64,000 nt of DNA, taken from positions 495,852 through 559,851 of the forward strand of contig CBDCTA010000029.1 of NCBI GenBank assembly GCA_965221955.1. Reading direction: 5' to 3'. Below, in pieces: positions 17,787 through 29,720 of this stretch. The position numbers and the translations under genes are program-made. The stretch is from Gammaproteobacteria bacterium. GTDB lineage: Bacteria > Pseudomonadota > Gammaproteobacteria > UBA4575. Position 1 is the first letter of the stretch. Each line of letters opens with the position of its first letter. The notes under the pieces were generated by a model. The model was not told the origin of the DNA and did not search any database. It saw only the letters and a list, made by a program, of their open reading frames with translations.

Positions 17787-18929
17787 ATGCCTTGGAACAG
17801 CCCAGGCGACGATAATAAAGATAAAGACCCTTGGGGTCGGAACTCGGGCAATCAAGGCCCCCCTGATCTTGACGAAGTATTTCGCAACTTAACCAAAAAA
17901 TTCGGTGGAATTTTTGGCGGTAGTTCGTCTGGTGGTTCTGGAGGAGATGGTAAACCTTTCGTTTTGTTCGCACTGATAGCGGCGTTGGCGTTATGGGGCA
18001 TCTACGATAGATTTGGTTTCTATGTAGTCAAGCAAGCTGAAAGAGGGGTGGAGTTACGTTTTGGTGAGTTTCAGGAAATGACCAGCGCTGGTTTGAATTG
18101 GCATTTACCCTTCCCAATTGAAACGGTTGAGATTGTAAACGTGGATGAAGTTCGTGAGGTTACAAATAAAACCTCCATGTTGACCCAGGATGAAAACATT
18201 GTAGAAGTCTCTCTCGAAGCTCAATATAAAATTGGCGATGCGAAGGAGTATGTTTTTAATGTAAGAGACCCCGATCAAACGGTTAAAGATGCAATGGAAA
18301 GTGCAGTACGCGAAATCGTTGGTAAGAGCACTATTGATTTTGTACTCTTTGAAGGTCGTGCGCAAATCTCAAGTGTTACCCGAGAATTATTGCAAGAGAT
18401 TCTTGATAGTTACAAGTCAGGCATTTTTATTCAAAAAGTAAACCTTGAGCGATCGGTTCCTCCGAACGAAGTAAAGGCAGCATTCGATGACGCGATAAAA
18501 TCACGTGAGGACTATAACCGTTATATAAAAGAGGCTGAGGCCTATGCAAATAGCATTCTTCCACAAGCGCGCGGTGAAGCTGCAAGGCAGTTACAAGAAG
18601 CGGATGCATATCGAGATCGTGTCATTGCCAATTCTGAAGGTGAAGCAAAGCGATTTTTAAAGCTTTTAGCAGAATACGAAAAAGCACCAGAAGTTACGCG
18701 TGAACGTTTATACATTGAAGCTGTAGAGTCGGTTTATACTCATAGCAATAAAGTTATGATGGATGTTGAGGGCGGTAACAACCTTTTATACTTGCCTCTT
18801 GATCAAATTATGAAACAACGGTCGATGATAGGTAATCAGAACGTAACGAGTGAAAGGTTTAATAGTGAAAATTTTGGCTTAAATAATCAGCCGATTACAT
18901 CCGATAACACTGGTCGCGAGGGACGTTAA
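17787..18929 (+). CDS. hflK: FtsH protease modulator HflK (SPFH/band 7)
   Basis: 380 aa. Gly-rich N-terminal region, a TM segment, then an SPFH domain. hflC follows. Confidence 0.85.
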   Translation: MPWNSPGDDNKDKDPWGRNSGNQGPPDLDEVFRNLTKKFGGIFGGSSSGGSGGDGKPFVLFALIAALALWGIYDRFGFYVVKQAERGVELRFGEFQEMTSAGLNWHLPFPIETVEIVNVDEVREVTNKTSMLTQDENIVEVSLEAQYKIGDAKEYVFNVRDPDQTVKDAMESAVREIVGKSTIDFVLFEGRAQISSVTRELLQEILDSYKSGIFIQKVNLERSVPPNEVKAAFDDAIKSREDYNRYIKEAEAYANSILPQARGEAARQLQEADAYRDRVIANSEGEAKRFLKLLAEYEKAPEVTRERLYIEAVESVYTHSNKVMMDVEGGNNLLYLPLDQIMKQRSMIGNQNVTSERFNSENFGLNNQPITSDNTGREGR

Positions 18930-18931
18930 TC

Positions 18932-19795
18932 ATGAATAGTAAAATCGTACTTGCAATCATAGCTTTGTTAATTGTTGGTTTTTTTAGTTTTACTTTTCAG
19001 GTAGATCAGCGCCAAACAGCGATTAAATTAAAATTTGGAAAAGTAGATCAAGCCAACATAGAGCCTGGCTTGCATTTTAAGATCCCCATTATGAACACGA
19101 TTGAAAAATACGATAACCGTATTTTGACATTGGATGCTCCGCCAACGGAGTTCCCTACTAATGAAAAGAAATATGTAATTGTAGATTTCTTTGCCAAGTG
19201 GCGAATATCCGATGTGGAAAAGTATTACTTGGCTACTAGCGGTGTCGAGTCAAGGGCGAATCAACGTCTAGAGCTTATTTTGGTTGATGGTTTAAAAAAT
19301 GAGTTTGGCACACGTACTATTCAGGAAGTGGTTTCAGGGGAGCGTGCTGAGATAATGGATGTAATTCAGGTGCAATCCAATAATGAAGCAAAAAATTTCG
19401 GAATTACAGTTGTTGATGTTCGCGTAAGTAAGATCGATTTACCAGAATCTGTGAGTGACTCTGTATTTAAAAATATGCGTGCTGAGCGTGACCGCGTTGC
19501 TAAAGATTTTCGTGCACGCGGTAGAGAACAAGCAGAAGTGATTCGAGCTACTGCAGATAAAGAGCGCACTGTGATTTTGGCGAATGCGTATAAAGAAGCC
19601 GAACAAATTCGTGGTGATGGTGATGCGAAGTCTGCTGAAATCTATGCAAATGCGTTTTCAAAAAACGAAGAATTTTATAGTTTTACGCGTAGTTTAAAGG
19701 CTTATACCAATACCTTTAATAGTAATAATGATGTTTTGATTATGGAGCCAGATTCTGAGTTTTTCCGCTACTTCAAAAAATCTGAACAAAATTAA
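18932..19795 (+). CDS. hflC: FtsH protease modulator HflC
   Basis: 287 aa with an N-terminal TM segment and an SPFH domain. Confidence 0.9.
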   Translation: MNSKIVLAIIALLIVGFFSFTFQVDQRQTAIKLKFGKVDQANIEPGLHFKIPIMNTIEKYDNRILTLDAPPTEFPTNEKKYVIVDFFAKWRISDVEKYYLATSGVESRANQRLELILVDGLKNEFGTRTIQEVVSGERAEIMDVIQVQSNNEAKNFGITVVDVRVSKIDLPESVSDSVFKNMRAERDRVAKDFRARGREQAEVIRATADKERTVILANAYKEAEQIRGDGDAKSAEIYANAFSKNEEFYSFTRSLKAYTNTFNSNNDVLIMEPDSEFFRYFKKSEQN

Positions 19796-19828
19796 TTAGT
19801 TCTAGTTTCCCTTAATTAAGCTAAATAT

Positions 19829-20023
19829 ATGTGGAATGAGTTACTGGTTGCGATTGCGCTGGTTTTGGTTTTCGAGGGCATTATTCCATTTTTAGCACCA
19901 GAAAAATTTCGCCAAGCACTTATTCAGCTTGTGAATATGCCGGACCAAATGTTACGCATGATAGGTCTGGCGAGTATGACGCTAGGAATTATTTTTCTAT
20001 ATATCTTAAAGTTAATTGATTAA
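19829..20023 (+). CDS. DUF2065 small membrane protein (YjeT-like)
   Basis: 64 aa with two TM segments. The position after hflC is conserved (E. coli yjeT). Confidence 0.6.
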   Translation: MWNELLVAIALVLVFEGIIPFLAPEKFRQALIQLVNMPDQMLRMIGLASMTLGIIFLYILKLID

Positions 20024-20034
20024 TTAAACCCATA

Positions 20035-21216
20035 ATGAGTCAAGATCGCTGGTTGTTACCTGAAGGTATTGAAGAGTCGTTGCCGGATGAATCGGAATGG
20101 CTGGAAAAAAATCGTCGTGAGTTAGTCGATATGTTTTCAACGTGGGGCTATGAATTAGTCATGCCGCCACTGATTGAGTATCTGGACTCACTGCTGATTG
20201 GCCCAAGTGATGATTTGGATTTGCAAACCTTTAAGTTAACCGATCAATTAACCGGGAAAATGATGGGTGTACGTGCAGATATGACTTCTCAAGTTGCACG
20301 GATTGATGCACGTATGTTGAAACGTGATGCGCCTACACGATTTTGTTATTTAGGTTCAGTGTTGCACACTCGGCCAGGGGGGCGTGATTTAACGCGCAGC
20401 CCATTGCAAGTAGGCGCAGAGTTATACGGCCATAAAGGGTTGGATAGTGATGTAGAAGTCATTTGTTTAATGCTTCAAGCATTAAGTTTAGTTGGGATTG
20501 AAGATATTCTGCTTGATCTAAGTCACGTTGGAATTTTATCTAAACTCGTAGAGCAAGCGGGATTCACTGAGGTCCAACAGAAACAACTGCAAACATTACT
20601 ACAACAAAAAGCACTGCCTGAATATGAGCAATTTCTTATTACTTGTTCGCTAGAAGATAAATGGCAAACAGTATTTACTTCTTTAATTGATTTAAATGGT
20701 GAGGAAGAAATCATTGCTACAACTAAAGAGTTATTAAAAGATTGTGGCGCTGAAGTGATTGAATATATTCGATATGTAGAAGAACTTGCAGCGCGAGTGA
20801 CAAAATATTATCCAAATATTCAGTTGCATTATGACTTTGCTGCGTTGAGTGGATATCGGTATCAAAATGGAGCTGTATTTGCTGCATATGTTTCAGGTCA
20901 AGGAGGGGAGATTGCGCGTGGGGGTCGTTATGACATGATAGGTGAGGTGTTTGGTCGTTCACGCCCTGCCACGGGATTTAGTATGGATCTAAAAGCCTTG
21001 GCAAAAATTTCACTGAAGTCGAGCCAATCCGTGCTTGGTATTTACGCGCCAAATGATGATGATTCGGAGTTGCAGAAAAAAATAAAACAATTACGTGCTC
21101 AAGGTGAACGAGTTATTTGTGAATTAGCAGGTCAAAAAGGCGACGCTCAAGATTTAAATTGTAATCGTGTAATCGTTAAACAAAACCAACAGTGGATAGT
21201 TAAGGATATCCAATAA
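20035..21216 (+). CDS. hisZ: ATP phosphoribosyltransferase regulatory subunit (HisRS paralogue)
   Basis: 393 aa with a class II aaRS-like core and no anticodon-binding domain. Its position directly upstream of purA is typical of hisZ. Confidence 0.75.
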   Translation: MSQDRWLLPEGIEESLPDESEWLEKNRRELVDMFSTWGYELVMPPLIEYLDSLLIGPSDDLDLQTFKLTDQLTGKMMGVRADMTSQVARIDARMLKRDAPTRFCYLGSVLHTRPGGRDLTRSPLQVGAELYGHKGLDSDVEVICLMLQALSLVGIEDILLDLSHVGILSKLVEQAGFTEVQQKQLQTLLQQKALPEYEQFLITCSLEDKWQTVFTSLIDLNGEEEIIATTKELLKDCGAEVIEYIRYVEELAARVTKYYPNIQLHYDFAALSGYRYQNGAVFAAYVSGQGGEIARGGRYDMIGEVFGRSRPATGFSMDLKALAKISLKSSQSVLGIYAPNDDDSELQKKIKQLRAQGERVICELAGQKGDAQDLNCNRVIVKQNQQWIVKDIQ

Positions 21217-21228
21217 AAATTAATCTAA

Positions 21229-22530
<1,302 letters not shown>

Positions 22531-22601
22531 TTAGTATTTAATTATTAGCGTTTAGCTAACCAGTTCACTCATAAATTGCATAGTTGTTTGATTATTAAGC
22601 T

Positions 22602-23594
22602 ATGAGTCTTAATGGTAAAACGTTCTTAATCGTTGGTGGAGCAGGTTACATCGGGTCACACATGACTTTGATGCTATTTGAGCTGGGATATCAAGTTTTA
22701 GTTCTAGATAATTTATCTACTGGCTTTGAAGATGCTGTGATCGGAGCACAGCTTATACAAGGCGATATTCATGATTCGGCAAAACTCGACGAAGTATTTA
22801 AGCGAAATAAAGTCGATGTAGTAATGCACTTTGCAGCACATCTTGATGTAGGTGAATCTGTGCGTGATCCATTTAAGTATTACCAAAATAATGTAGTCGG
22901 TACTCAAACACTACTAGAAAAAATGGTCTCGCATAGGGTAAACAATTTTATATTCTCATCGACAGCAGCCATTTTTGGCGAACCCGAATATGTGCCAATT
23001 GATGAAGTACATGATAAAAAACCTATTAATCCGTATGGTCACAGTAAGCTGATGGTAGAACAGATGCTGGAAAATTATGATCAAGCCTACGGGTTAAAAT
23101 CCATTTGTTTGCGCTACTTCAATGCAGCTGGTGCGGATCCACAAGCCAGAATAGGTGAAAGGCATGATCCTGAAACGCATCTTATTCCGTTGGTATTGCA
23201 AGCTGCAACAGGACGTCGCGAGAGCATTAATGTTTTTGGTGACGATTACGACACTGAGGATGGAACTTGTATACGCGATTACATCCATATTGTAGATTTG
23301 TGTACGGCACACCTGATTTCAACAGAGTATTTGTTATCCGAAGCACAAAGCAGGCAATTTAATCTTGGTAATGGAAATGGCTACACGGTTCAACAAGTAA
23401 TTGATAGTGCTAAGAAGATCACCAATAAACCAATCAAAATAAATCAAGCGGAGCGGAGGGCAGGGGATCCTGCAAGATTGGTCGCGGATGCAACGTTGGC
23501 AAAAAAAATACTAAATTGGGTACCGAAATATACGGATTTAAATGAAATCATAGAACATGCCTGGAAATGGGAAGTTCGGCAGAATAATAAATAA
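22602..23594 (+). CDS. galE: UDP-glucose 4-epimerase
   Basis: 330 aa. NAD Rossmann motif GGAGYIGSH, the YFNAAGAD stretch, and the GDPA..VAD signature. Confidence 0.85.
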   Translation: MSLNGKTFLIVGGAGYIGSHMTLMLFELGYQVLVLDNLSTGFEDAVIGAQLIQGDIHDSAKLDEVFKRNKVDVVMHFAAHLDVGESVRDPFKYYQNNVVGTQTLLEKMVSHRVNNFIFSSTAAIFGEPEYVPIDEVHDKKPINPYGHSKLMVEQMLENYDQAYGLKSICLRYFNAAGADPQARIGERHDPETHLIPLVLQAATGRRESINVFGDDYDTEDGTCIRDYIHIVDLCTAHLISTEYLLSEAQSRQFNLGNGNGYTVQQVIDSAKKITNKPIKINQAERRAGDPARLVADATLAKKILNWVPKYTDLNEIIEHAWKWEVRQNNK

Positions 23595-23809
23595 GCAGTT
23601 TTAACTACGTATTTTTAAAATTCTTTATAGCTAACAAGTACTTAGTATAGCTATTATTGAATAAAGTCCTCTGTCCCCGCTCATCGTTCATGAACCTTTT
23701 TGTCTCTACCCGTGTCTTACACGCATATATGTGGGTTGCGCGTGTCAACCAAAATCTTGGTGAAACGTTGTAGTCAATACGAAGTACTCAAAAACAAAAG
23801 AGGTTAACC

Positions 23810-24292
23810 ATGTATAAGCATTTCATACTTTCGATGATTCTAGTGTTAAGTTTTTCTTTAAGCGCCTGCGCTACTAATCCTTATGGAGGATACAGCGCGC
23901 CCAGTAAACAAACTCAAGGCGCAGTAGCTGGCGGTGTTATTGGCGGGCTTTTGGGTTCTACCGTGGGAGATGGAAGGGGCACAGTATGGGCAGCAGCAGC
24001 AGGAACATTAATAGGTGCTTTGGCAGGAGCGCATGTAGGTCGTCAGCTGGATGAACTAGATCGTTATCGTACGGGACAAACTTTAGAGACAGCGCCTACT
24101 GGAGCTACTAAAGAGTGGGTGAACCCAGACTCAGGTACGGCTTATTCCGTTACGCCGACACGCACTTATGATTCTGGATATGGAACACCTTGCCGTGAAT
24201 TTACTATGGATGCAGAAATTGGTGGTCAAACTGAACAAGTATATGGCACTGCATGTAGACAAGCGGACGGAAGTTGGAAGATGTCTGCTTAA
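23810..24292 (+). CDS. Lipoprotein, glycine-zipper / 17 kDa surface antigen family
   Basis: 160 aa. Lipobox LSAC. Gly-zipper GGVIGGLLGSTVGDG...AGTLIGALAGAHVG. C-terminal surface-antigen-like Cys-containing domain. Confidence 0.7.
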   Translation: MYKHFILSMILVLSFSLSACATNPYGGYSAPSKQTQGAVAGGVIGGLLGSTVGDGRGTVWAAAAGTLIGALAGAHVGRQLDELDRYRTGQTLETAPTGATKEWVNPDSGTAYSVTPTRTYDSGYGTPCREFTMDAEIGGQTEQVYGTACRQADGSWKMSA

Positions 24293-24356
24293 TAATTTAT
24301 TAAATTTAAGGAAGAACTAGAACTGAAAAGTAACAAGGAATGTTAAAAAAATAAAA

Positions 24357-24382
24357 AGCCCTGCATTAGCGGGGCTTTTTTA
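24357..24382. terminator. Bidirectional rho-independent terminator between convergent genes
   Basis: agccctgc-atta-gcggggct hairpin flanked by aaaaa on the left and ttttttat on the right. Confidence 0.6.
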
Positions 24383-24411
24383 TATCTTGATGGATTAAGT
24401 GCTGGTATGGA

Positions 24412-24972
24412 TTATCGAGACTTAATCGTATCTTGTTTCATGTTTTGGGCGAGCCATGCTTTGATTGTCCAAGGAAAAACGTTTTCTGATTCTGATATGT
24501 CTTCCCATCCTTGTTGAACGTAACATTGATATGCATCTGCGCCAAAAATATTTTGTACGCGCATGGGTTTGCTTTCATTGGCAGAATCACCATTAATTTC
24601 TTCATCTCTAAATGCATATAGAGTAGGTTCGTCTTCAAACTGCTCATCCATTTTTAAAATGGTGATATATGCGCATTCAACACCCTCTCGATACAACACT
24701 TGGTAATCCACAATACCTAAATTTTCGTTGGCTTTTACTTTTTCAGTAACCTCTTCAGGTTCATCTTTTTGAAACTGCTTAAAAACTTCATCAAACTCAT
24801 CGTCATCGATATCGGCAGTAGAAATTTCTAAACCTTGCGTTCTTCGACGATCGCCGAATACACGTCGATTCTCTTCAACAATTTCATTGTTATTGTCGCG
24901 CATTGGGAACGATTCCTTATTTTTATTTGTTCTACGATCCTTGCCAGATCTACGATCGTATATAGTTTTCAT
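24412..24972 (-). CDS. Hypothetical acidic protein with N-terminal Arg-rich DRR repeats
   Basis: 186 aa. N-terminal YDRRSGKDRRTNK...RRVFGDRRRTQG, then a highly acidic region. It has an SD-like sequence and its own terminator. Confidence 0.5.
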   Translation of the reverse strand: MKTIYDRRSGKDRRTNKNKESFPMRDNNNEIVEENRRVFGDRRRTQGLEISTADIDDDEFDEVFKQFQKDEPEEVTEKVKANENLGIVDYQVLYREGVECAYITILKMDEQFEDEPTLYAFRDEEINGDSANESKPMRVQNIFGADAYQCYVQQGWEDISESENVFPWTIKAWLAQNMKQDTIKSR

Positions 24973-25210
24973 ATGCTTTCCCTTTGCGTATTCCCCGAAA
25001 TATAAAGGTATGCAAAATTGTGTAAAACGATACCAGGCGTGTGATCTTCAGGTGTGATGCAGTTCACAGCAAGTCTTCCACTTAGCAAGGTAATTCACCC
25101 ATCTAGCGTAATTTCATGAATGCAGCATATGATTGGGTTGCTGGTAGAAATTAATCGTTATTTTTCAAAGATTTCGCATTTGACGACTAAGGTAGTAGAG
25201 TGCGTCACAC

Positions 25211-27475
25211 ATGGCGCGTAAAAAGAAAAAAAAGTTAGTGGATCCCTATGCTAAGCGTGAGGCATCTAAATATGAGCGACCAATTGCTAGCCGTGAACTT
25301 ATTCTGCAAGTTCTAGAAGAAAGTGACGGGCCACTTGCACTAGGTGCGCTGCATGAAGCGCTTGACGTAGATTCCGAGAAAGTGGTGGATGCATTAGCGA
25401 GACGTTTAGGCGCGATGGAGCGTGATGGTCAACTTATCCGCAATCGTCAAAATCACTATTTACCGATTTCTAAAGTTGATTTAATGCGCGGTCGCGTAAT
25501 GGGGCATCCGGATGGCTTCGGCTTCTTAATTCCTGATGAAGGTGGAGAGGACTTATTTCTTTCTCCATTTGAGATGCGTACCTTAATGCACGGGGATCGT
25601 GCCATTGTGCGTCCCGCTGGGAAATCCAAACGCGGTAAATTGCAAGGCAAGCTTGTTGAAATCATTGAGCGCAATAATAAACAGATTGTAGGTCGTTACT
25701 ATAAAGAATCAGGCATTGGGTTTGTGGTGCCAGATAACAAACGTCTCAATCAAGACATCATGATTCCCGCAGAAAATGCGATGCAAACTAAAAACGGCCA
25801 GTTTGTTGTCGCTACCATACTTGAACAACCAAATAAGTTCCGCCAGCCAATTGGAAAAATAATTGAAGTCATTGGTGATCATTTAGCACCAGGGATGGAA
25901 ATAGATGTTGCCATTCGTTCTTACGATTTGCCTTATAAATGGTCTGATCAAGTGCTACAGCAAGTTGAGCAATTTAGTGAAAAAGATATTCAACAACAGC
26001 TAAAGCACCGTAAAGATTTACGCGAATTTAATTTCGTCACCATAGATGGTAGTGATGCCAAAGATTTTGACGATGCAGTATATTGTGAGCCGCGTGAAAA
26101 CGGTTGGCGTTTATGGGTAGCGATTGCCGATGTTTCACACTATGTTGAAACTGATACGGCGTTAGATTATGAAGCTCGAAATCGTGGCACGTCGGTGTAC
26201 TTTCCCGAGCGTGTTATTCCGATGTTGCCGGAAAATCTTTCCAATGAATTGTGTTCATTAAAACCAGAAGTCGATCGCCTTTGTATGGTTTGCGAAATGT
26301 TCATCTCACATGGCGGTGAATTAAAGAGCCATAAGTTTTATGACGCGGTAATGTGCTCCTCAGCACGACTGACGTACGATGAGGTGCAAAAGATTCTTTA
26401 TGATAAAAACAAACAAGTACGCGAACAGTGCGAACATTTGCTAAGTGATTTAGAAAATTTACAAGGTGTATACAATGCACTACGCAAACAGCGTAAAAAA
26501 CGTGGTGCAATTGATTTTGATACCAAAGAGACTATTTTTGAGTTTGATGAAGATAAAAAAATAAAAGCCATTCTTCCGCGCGAACGGTTTCAAGCGCATA
26601 TGATCATCGAAGAATGCATGATTAGCGCCAATGTAGCTGCTGCAAAATTCATCACGAGTAAAAAATTACCAACTTTATATCGTGTGCATGAAGAGCCTAC
26701 ATTTGAAAAATTACGCGACATGCGTGAATTTCTTGAATCACTAGGTGTTGGTTTTCGTAAGGCAGAAAAGCCTAAACCGAGTGATTACATGGCGGTGATT
26801 AAAAAGATCGCGCATCGTAAAGATAAACAAATTATTGAAATGGTATTACTCAGGTCCATGGCGCAAGCGGTTTACAGTCCAGATAGTACCGGTCATTTTG
26901 GTTTAGCCTTACCTTTGTACGCTCACTTTACTTCTCCGATTCGACGTTATCCTGATCTAGTTGTACACCGTACGATTCGACATTTGCTGGCTAAGGAAAA
27001 TAAAGCGTCTTTCCCTTTGTCGCAAAATGATTTACTACTCCTAGGTGAACATTGCTCTATGTGCGAACGGCGTGCAGATGATGCAACGCGAGATGTGGAT
27101 GCATGGCTTAAGTGTGAGTTTATGCAAGATAAGTTAGGCCAGGAATTTGCTGGTGTGATTACTTCAGTCACTGCATTTGGTTTTTTTGTCATGCTGAATG
27201 ATTTCTTCGTTGAAGGTTTAGTGCATGTAACTACTTTGAAGAGTGATTACTACCATTTTGATGAACAATCACATTGCTTGTTTGGTGAGCGCAGCAAGAA
27301 ACGTTACGCCTTAGGAGACGAAGTAAAAATTATCGTCGCAAGAGTAAGTTTGGATGAACGCAAAATGGACTTTTCGCTAGCTCAGGTTGATAAGGAACAT
27401 AAGACGAAAAGACCAAAGCCAAGTAATAAATATAAGGCTAAAAAATCAAAAAAGAAAAGAAAAAAGTTTAAGTAG
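25211..27475 (+). CDS. rnr: Ribonuclease R
   Basis: 754 aa. Cold-shock/OB folds, the RNB catalytic domain, a C-terminal S1 domain and a Lys-rich tail. It is followed by rlmB, as in E. coli. Confidence 0.9.
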   Translation: MARKKKKKLVDPYAKREASKYERPIASRELILQVLEESDGPLALGALHEALDVDSEKVVDALARRLGAMERDGQLIRNRQNHYLPISKVDLMRGRVMGHPDGFGFLIPDEGGEDLFLSPFEMRTLMHGDRAIVRPAGKSKRGKLQGKLVEIIERNNKQIVGRYYKESGIGFVVPDNKRLNQDIMIPAENAMQTKNGQFVVATILEQPNKFRQPIGKIIEVIGDHLAPGMEIDVAIRSYDLPYKWSDQVLQQVEQFSEKDIQQQLKHRKDLREFNFVTIDGSDAKDFDDAVYCEPRENGWRLWVAIADVSHYVETDTALDYEARNRGTSVYFPERVIPMLPENLSNELCSLKPEVDRLCMVCEMFISHGGELKSHKFYDAVMCSSARLTYDEVQKILYDKNKQVREQCEHLLSDLENLQGVYNALRKQRKKRGAIDFDTKETIFEFDEDKKIKAILPRERFQAHMIIEECMISANVAAAKFITSKKLPTLYRVHEEPTFEKLRDMREFLESLGVGFRKAEKPKPSDYMAVIKKIAHRKDKQIIEMVLLRSMAQAVYSPDSTGHFGLALPLYAHFTSPIRRYPDLVVHRTIRHLLAKENKASFPLSQNDLLLLGEHCSMCERRADDATRDVDAWLKCEFMQDKLGQEFAGVITSVTAFGFFVMLNDFFVEGLVHVTTLKSDYYHFDEQSHCLFGERSKKRYALGDEVKIIVARVSLDERKMDFSLAQVDKEHKTKRPKPSNKYKAKKSKKKRKKFK

Positions 27476-27477
27476 TT

Positions 27478-28224
27478 TTGGGTGTGAAAAATATTTCGTT
27501 TGGTTTATACAGTTGTATGGCTGCAATACAGCAACGATCATTTCATATACAAGAAGTATGTTTGCTAGATAGCAGAAACGATAAGCGTATGCAGGAAATT
27601 AAAGATGCGCTAGTTGCAAATAATATTTCGCATCGTTCTGTGAATAAAAAAGAACTAGAACAGCTATGCGGTGAAGTGAATCACCAAGGTGTGGTGGTAG
27701 TATATAAAGAGCAACAAACCAATAATGAAGCCACTTTGCTAGAGTATTGTGCGCAAGCCACTGAGCCATTGCTGTTGTTGGTGCTGGATCAAATTGTCGA
27801 TCCACATAACTTAGGTGCTTGTTTGCGTACTGCAGAAGCAGCAGGGGCAAATGCGGTGATCAGTTCAACGCGTAACTCTGCGCCTTTGACACCCACAGTG
27901 CGTAAAGTTGCGTGTGGAGCTGCCGAACGGGTTCCCCTTATTTTTGCTAAAAATCTTGCGCGTTTTTTAGATGAGCTTAAACAACTCGGCGTTTGGGTGT
28001 ATGGCACACAACCCACAGCGACAAAATTAATCTATGAAGCGGATTTTAGTCGTTCAACTGCACTCGTGATTGGTGCCGAAGGCTCAGGGATGCGTAGATT
28101 AGTCAGTGAGAAATGTGACGAATTATTACGCTTGCCCATGTCAGGAGAAATGGCCAGCCTTAATGCTTCTGTCGCCACGGGTATTGGATTATTTGAAGCG
28201 GTGAGACAACGGTTAGAGGCCTGA
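27478..28224 (+). CDS. rlmB: 23S rRNA (guanosine2251-2'-O)-methyltransferase
   Basis: 248 aa SpoU/TrmH methyltransferase. Its position after rnr is conserved. Confidence 0.85.
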   Translation: MGVKNISFGLYSCMAAIQQRSFHIQEVCLLDSRNDKRMQEIKDALVANNISHRSVNKKELEQLCGEVNHQGVVVVYKEQQTNNEATLLEYCAQATEPLLLLVLDQIVDPHNLGACLRTAEAAGANAVISSTRNSAPLTPTVRKVACGAAERVPLIFAKNLARFLDELKQLGVWVYGTQPTATKLIYEADFSRSTALVIGAEGSGMRRLVSEKCDELLRLPMSGEMASLNASVATGIGLFEAVRQRLEA

Positions 28225-28383
28225 GCCGTGCGATATCCACTCATCTGTTTAGGGTAATTTTCAAGTGTCTTGCCTACTAAGAGGGCATCACGTACACTTC
28301 GCGGCTCAAAATTCAGTAACTCCTTGCTTCACCGGGCCATACCTATGGTTACTGGGAGGCTTTAACCCATAGGGAGCATATAT

Positions 28384-28866
28384 ATGCGTCACTACGAAAT
28401 AGTGTTTCTGGTGCATCCTGACCAGAGCGACCAAGTCCCTGCGATGACAGAGCGTTATCGTTCTATTATCGATCAGGGTAATGGCAAAGTTCACCGCCTA
28501 GAAGATTGGGGACGTTTGCAACTTGCCTATCCGATTCAAAAGATTCATAAAGCACATTATGTGTTAATGAATATCGAGTGTAATCAAGAAGTCTTAGATG
28601 AGCTCACCAGTTCGTTTCGTTTTAACGATGCAGTGATTCGTAACATGGTGATTTCTGCGAAAAGAGCAGAGACTGAAAAGTCTGCAATGCTAAAAATGAT
28701 TGAGCAAGAAGAAGCGGATAGTGGCAAAAAAACTGCCACTCAATCTAGCTCTGACTACTCGCAAGAACGCTCAACTGATGAGCCTGCTATAGAAGAAAGT
28801 CAGGCAGAAGCCCCGGCTGAAGCTGAACAAACTGAAGAAGCCGTTGCAGAGACATCTGAAAGTTAA
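28384..28866 (+). CDS. rpsF: 30S ribosomal protein S6 (with acidic C-terminal tail)
   Basis: 160 aa. [14 protein letters not shown] is the canonical S6 N-terminus. Confidence 0.9.
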   Translation: MRHYEIVFLVHPDQSDQVPAMTERYRSIIDQGNGKVHRLEDWGRLQLAYPIQKIHKAHYVLMNIECNQEVLDELTSSFRFNDAVIRNMVISAKRAETEKSAMLKMIEQEEADSGKKTATQSSSDYSQERSTDEPAIEESQAEAPAEAEQTEEAVAETSES

Positions 28867-28890
28867 CGAATAGAATTAAAGGAAAATATC

Positions 28891-29115
28891 ATGGCACATT
28901 ATTTTCGTAGAAGAAGGTATTGCCGCTTCACAGAAGAAGGCATTGAAGAAGTTGATTACAAAGACATTGCAATCTTAAAAGATTTCATTACGGAAACCGG
29001 TAAGATTGTGCCCAGTCGAGTAACCGGTACTAAGGCTAAATACCAACGCCAGTTATCTACCGCGATTAAACGGGCAAGATACATAGCGCTATTACCTTAC
29101 AGCGATCGCCACTAA
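28891..29115 (+). CDS. rpsR: 30S ribosomal protein S18
   Basis: 74 aa with a canonical S18 sequence (RRRYCRFT...DYKD..LK.FI...GKI). Confidence 0.95.
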   Translation: MAHYFRRRRYCRFTEEGIEEVDYKDIAILKDFITETGKIVPSRVTGTKAKYQRQLSTAIKRARYIALLPYSDRH

Positions 29116-29234
29116 GTATCTCCAGTAAGATCTAAGTAAATCTGCTATCTGGGTTAATTCTACAAAAAGTGGTTAATTTATAAGCGATTACGCTACTCAA
29201 TTTTTATTATAATGGTTTATACAAAGAGAACGTT

Positions 29235-29684
29235 ATGGAAGTCATTTTACTAACTAAAGTCGATAATCTTGGTGACTTAGGTGACAAGGTTAAAGTGCGC
29301 CCTGGTTATGCGCGCAATTTTTTAATTCCCAGTGGTAAAGCAAAATTTGCAACGGCTGAGAATTTAGCGGAGTTTGAAGCGCGTCGTGTGGAGTTAGAAA
29401 AACTTGCTGCTGAAGCATTGGCAAGTGCTGAAGCGCGTAAAGCTGAATTAGATGGCGCTAAGATTAGTATCACTGCAAAAGAAGTTGGCGAAGGCAAGTT
29501 GTTTGGTTCGGTTGGAATGGTCGATATCGTTAATGCTTTAAATGAAGCAGGTAAGAAGGTAGAAAAGAAAGAAGTACGCTTACCCGATGGTTCTTTCCAT
29601 CATGTCGGGGAGTATCAAGTGGATATTCATTTACACTCTGATGTGAATGCAACGATTAACTTAGAGATTATTGGCGAAGAATAG
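29235..29684 (+). CDS. rplI: 50S ribosomal protein L9
   Basis: 149 aa. MEVILL..V..LG..G..V.V..GYARNFL.P is the L9 N-terminus. Confidence 0.9.
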   Translation: MEVILLTKVDNLGDLGDKVKVRPGYARNFLIPSGKAKFATAENLAEFEARRVELEKLAAEALASAEARKAELDGAKISITAKEVGEGKLFGSVGMVDIVNALNEAGKKVEKKEVRLPDGSFHHVGEYQVDIHLHSDVNATINLEIIGEE

Positions 29685-29720
29685 TCGTTACGCCATGCGT
29701 CACCATGTTAATATAATATT

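Noticed and set aside
17785-17973. 62-aa minus-strand ORF overlapping the hflK start
   Set aside because: Antisense to the conserved hflK 5' region, with no SD. It is spurious.
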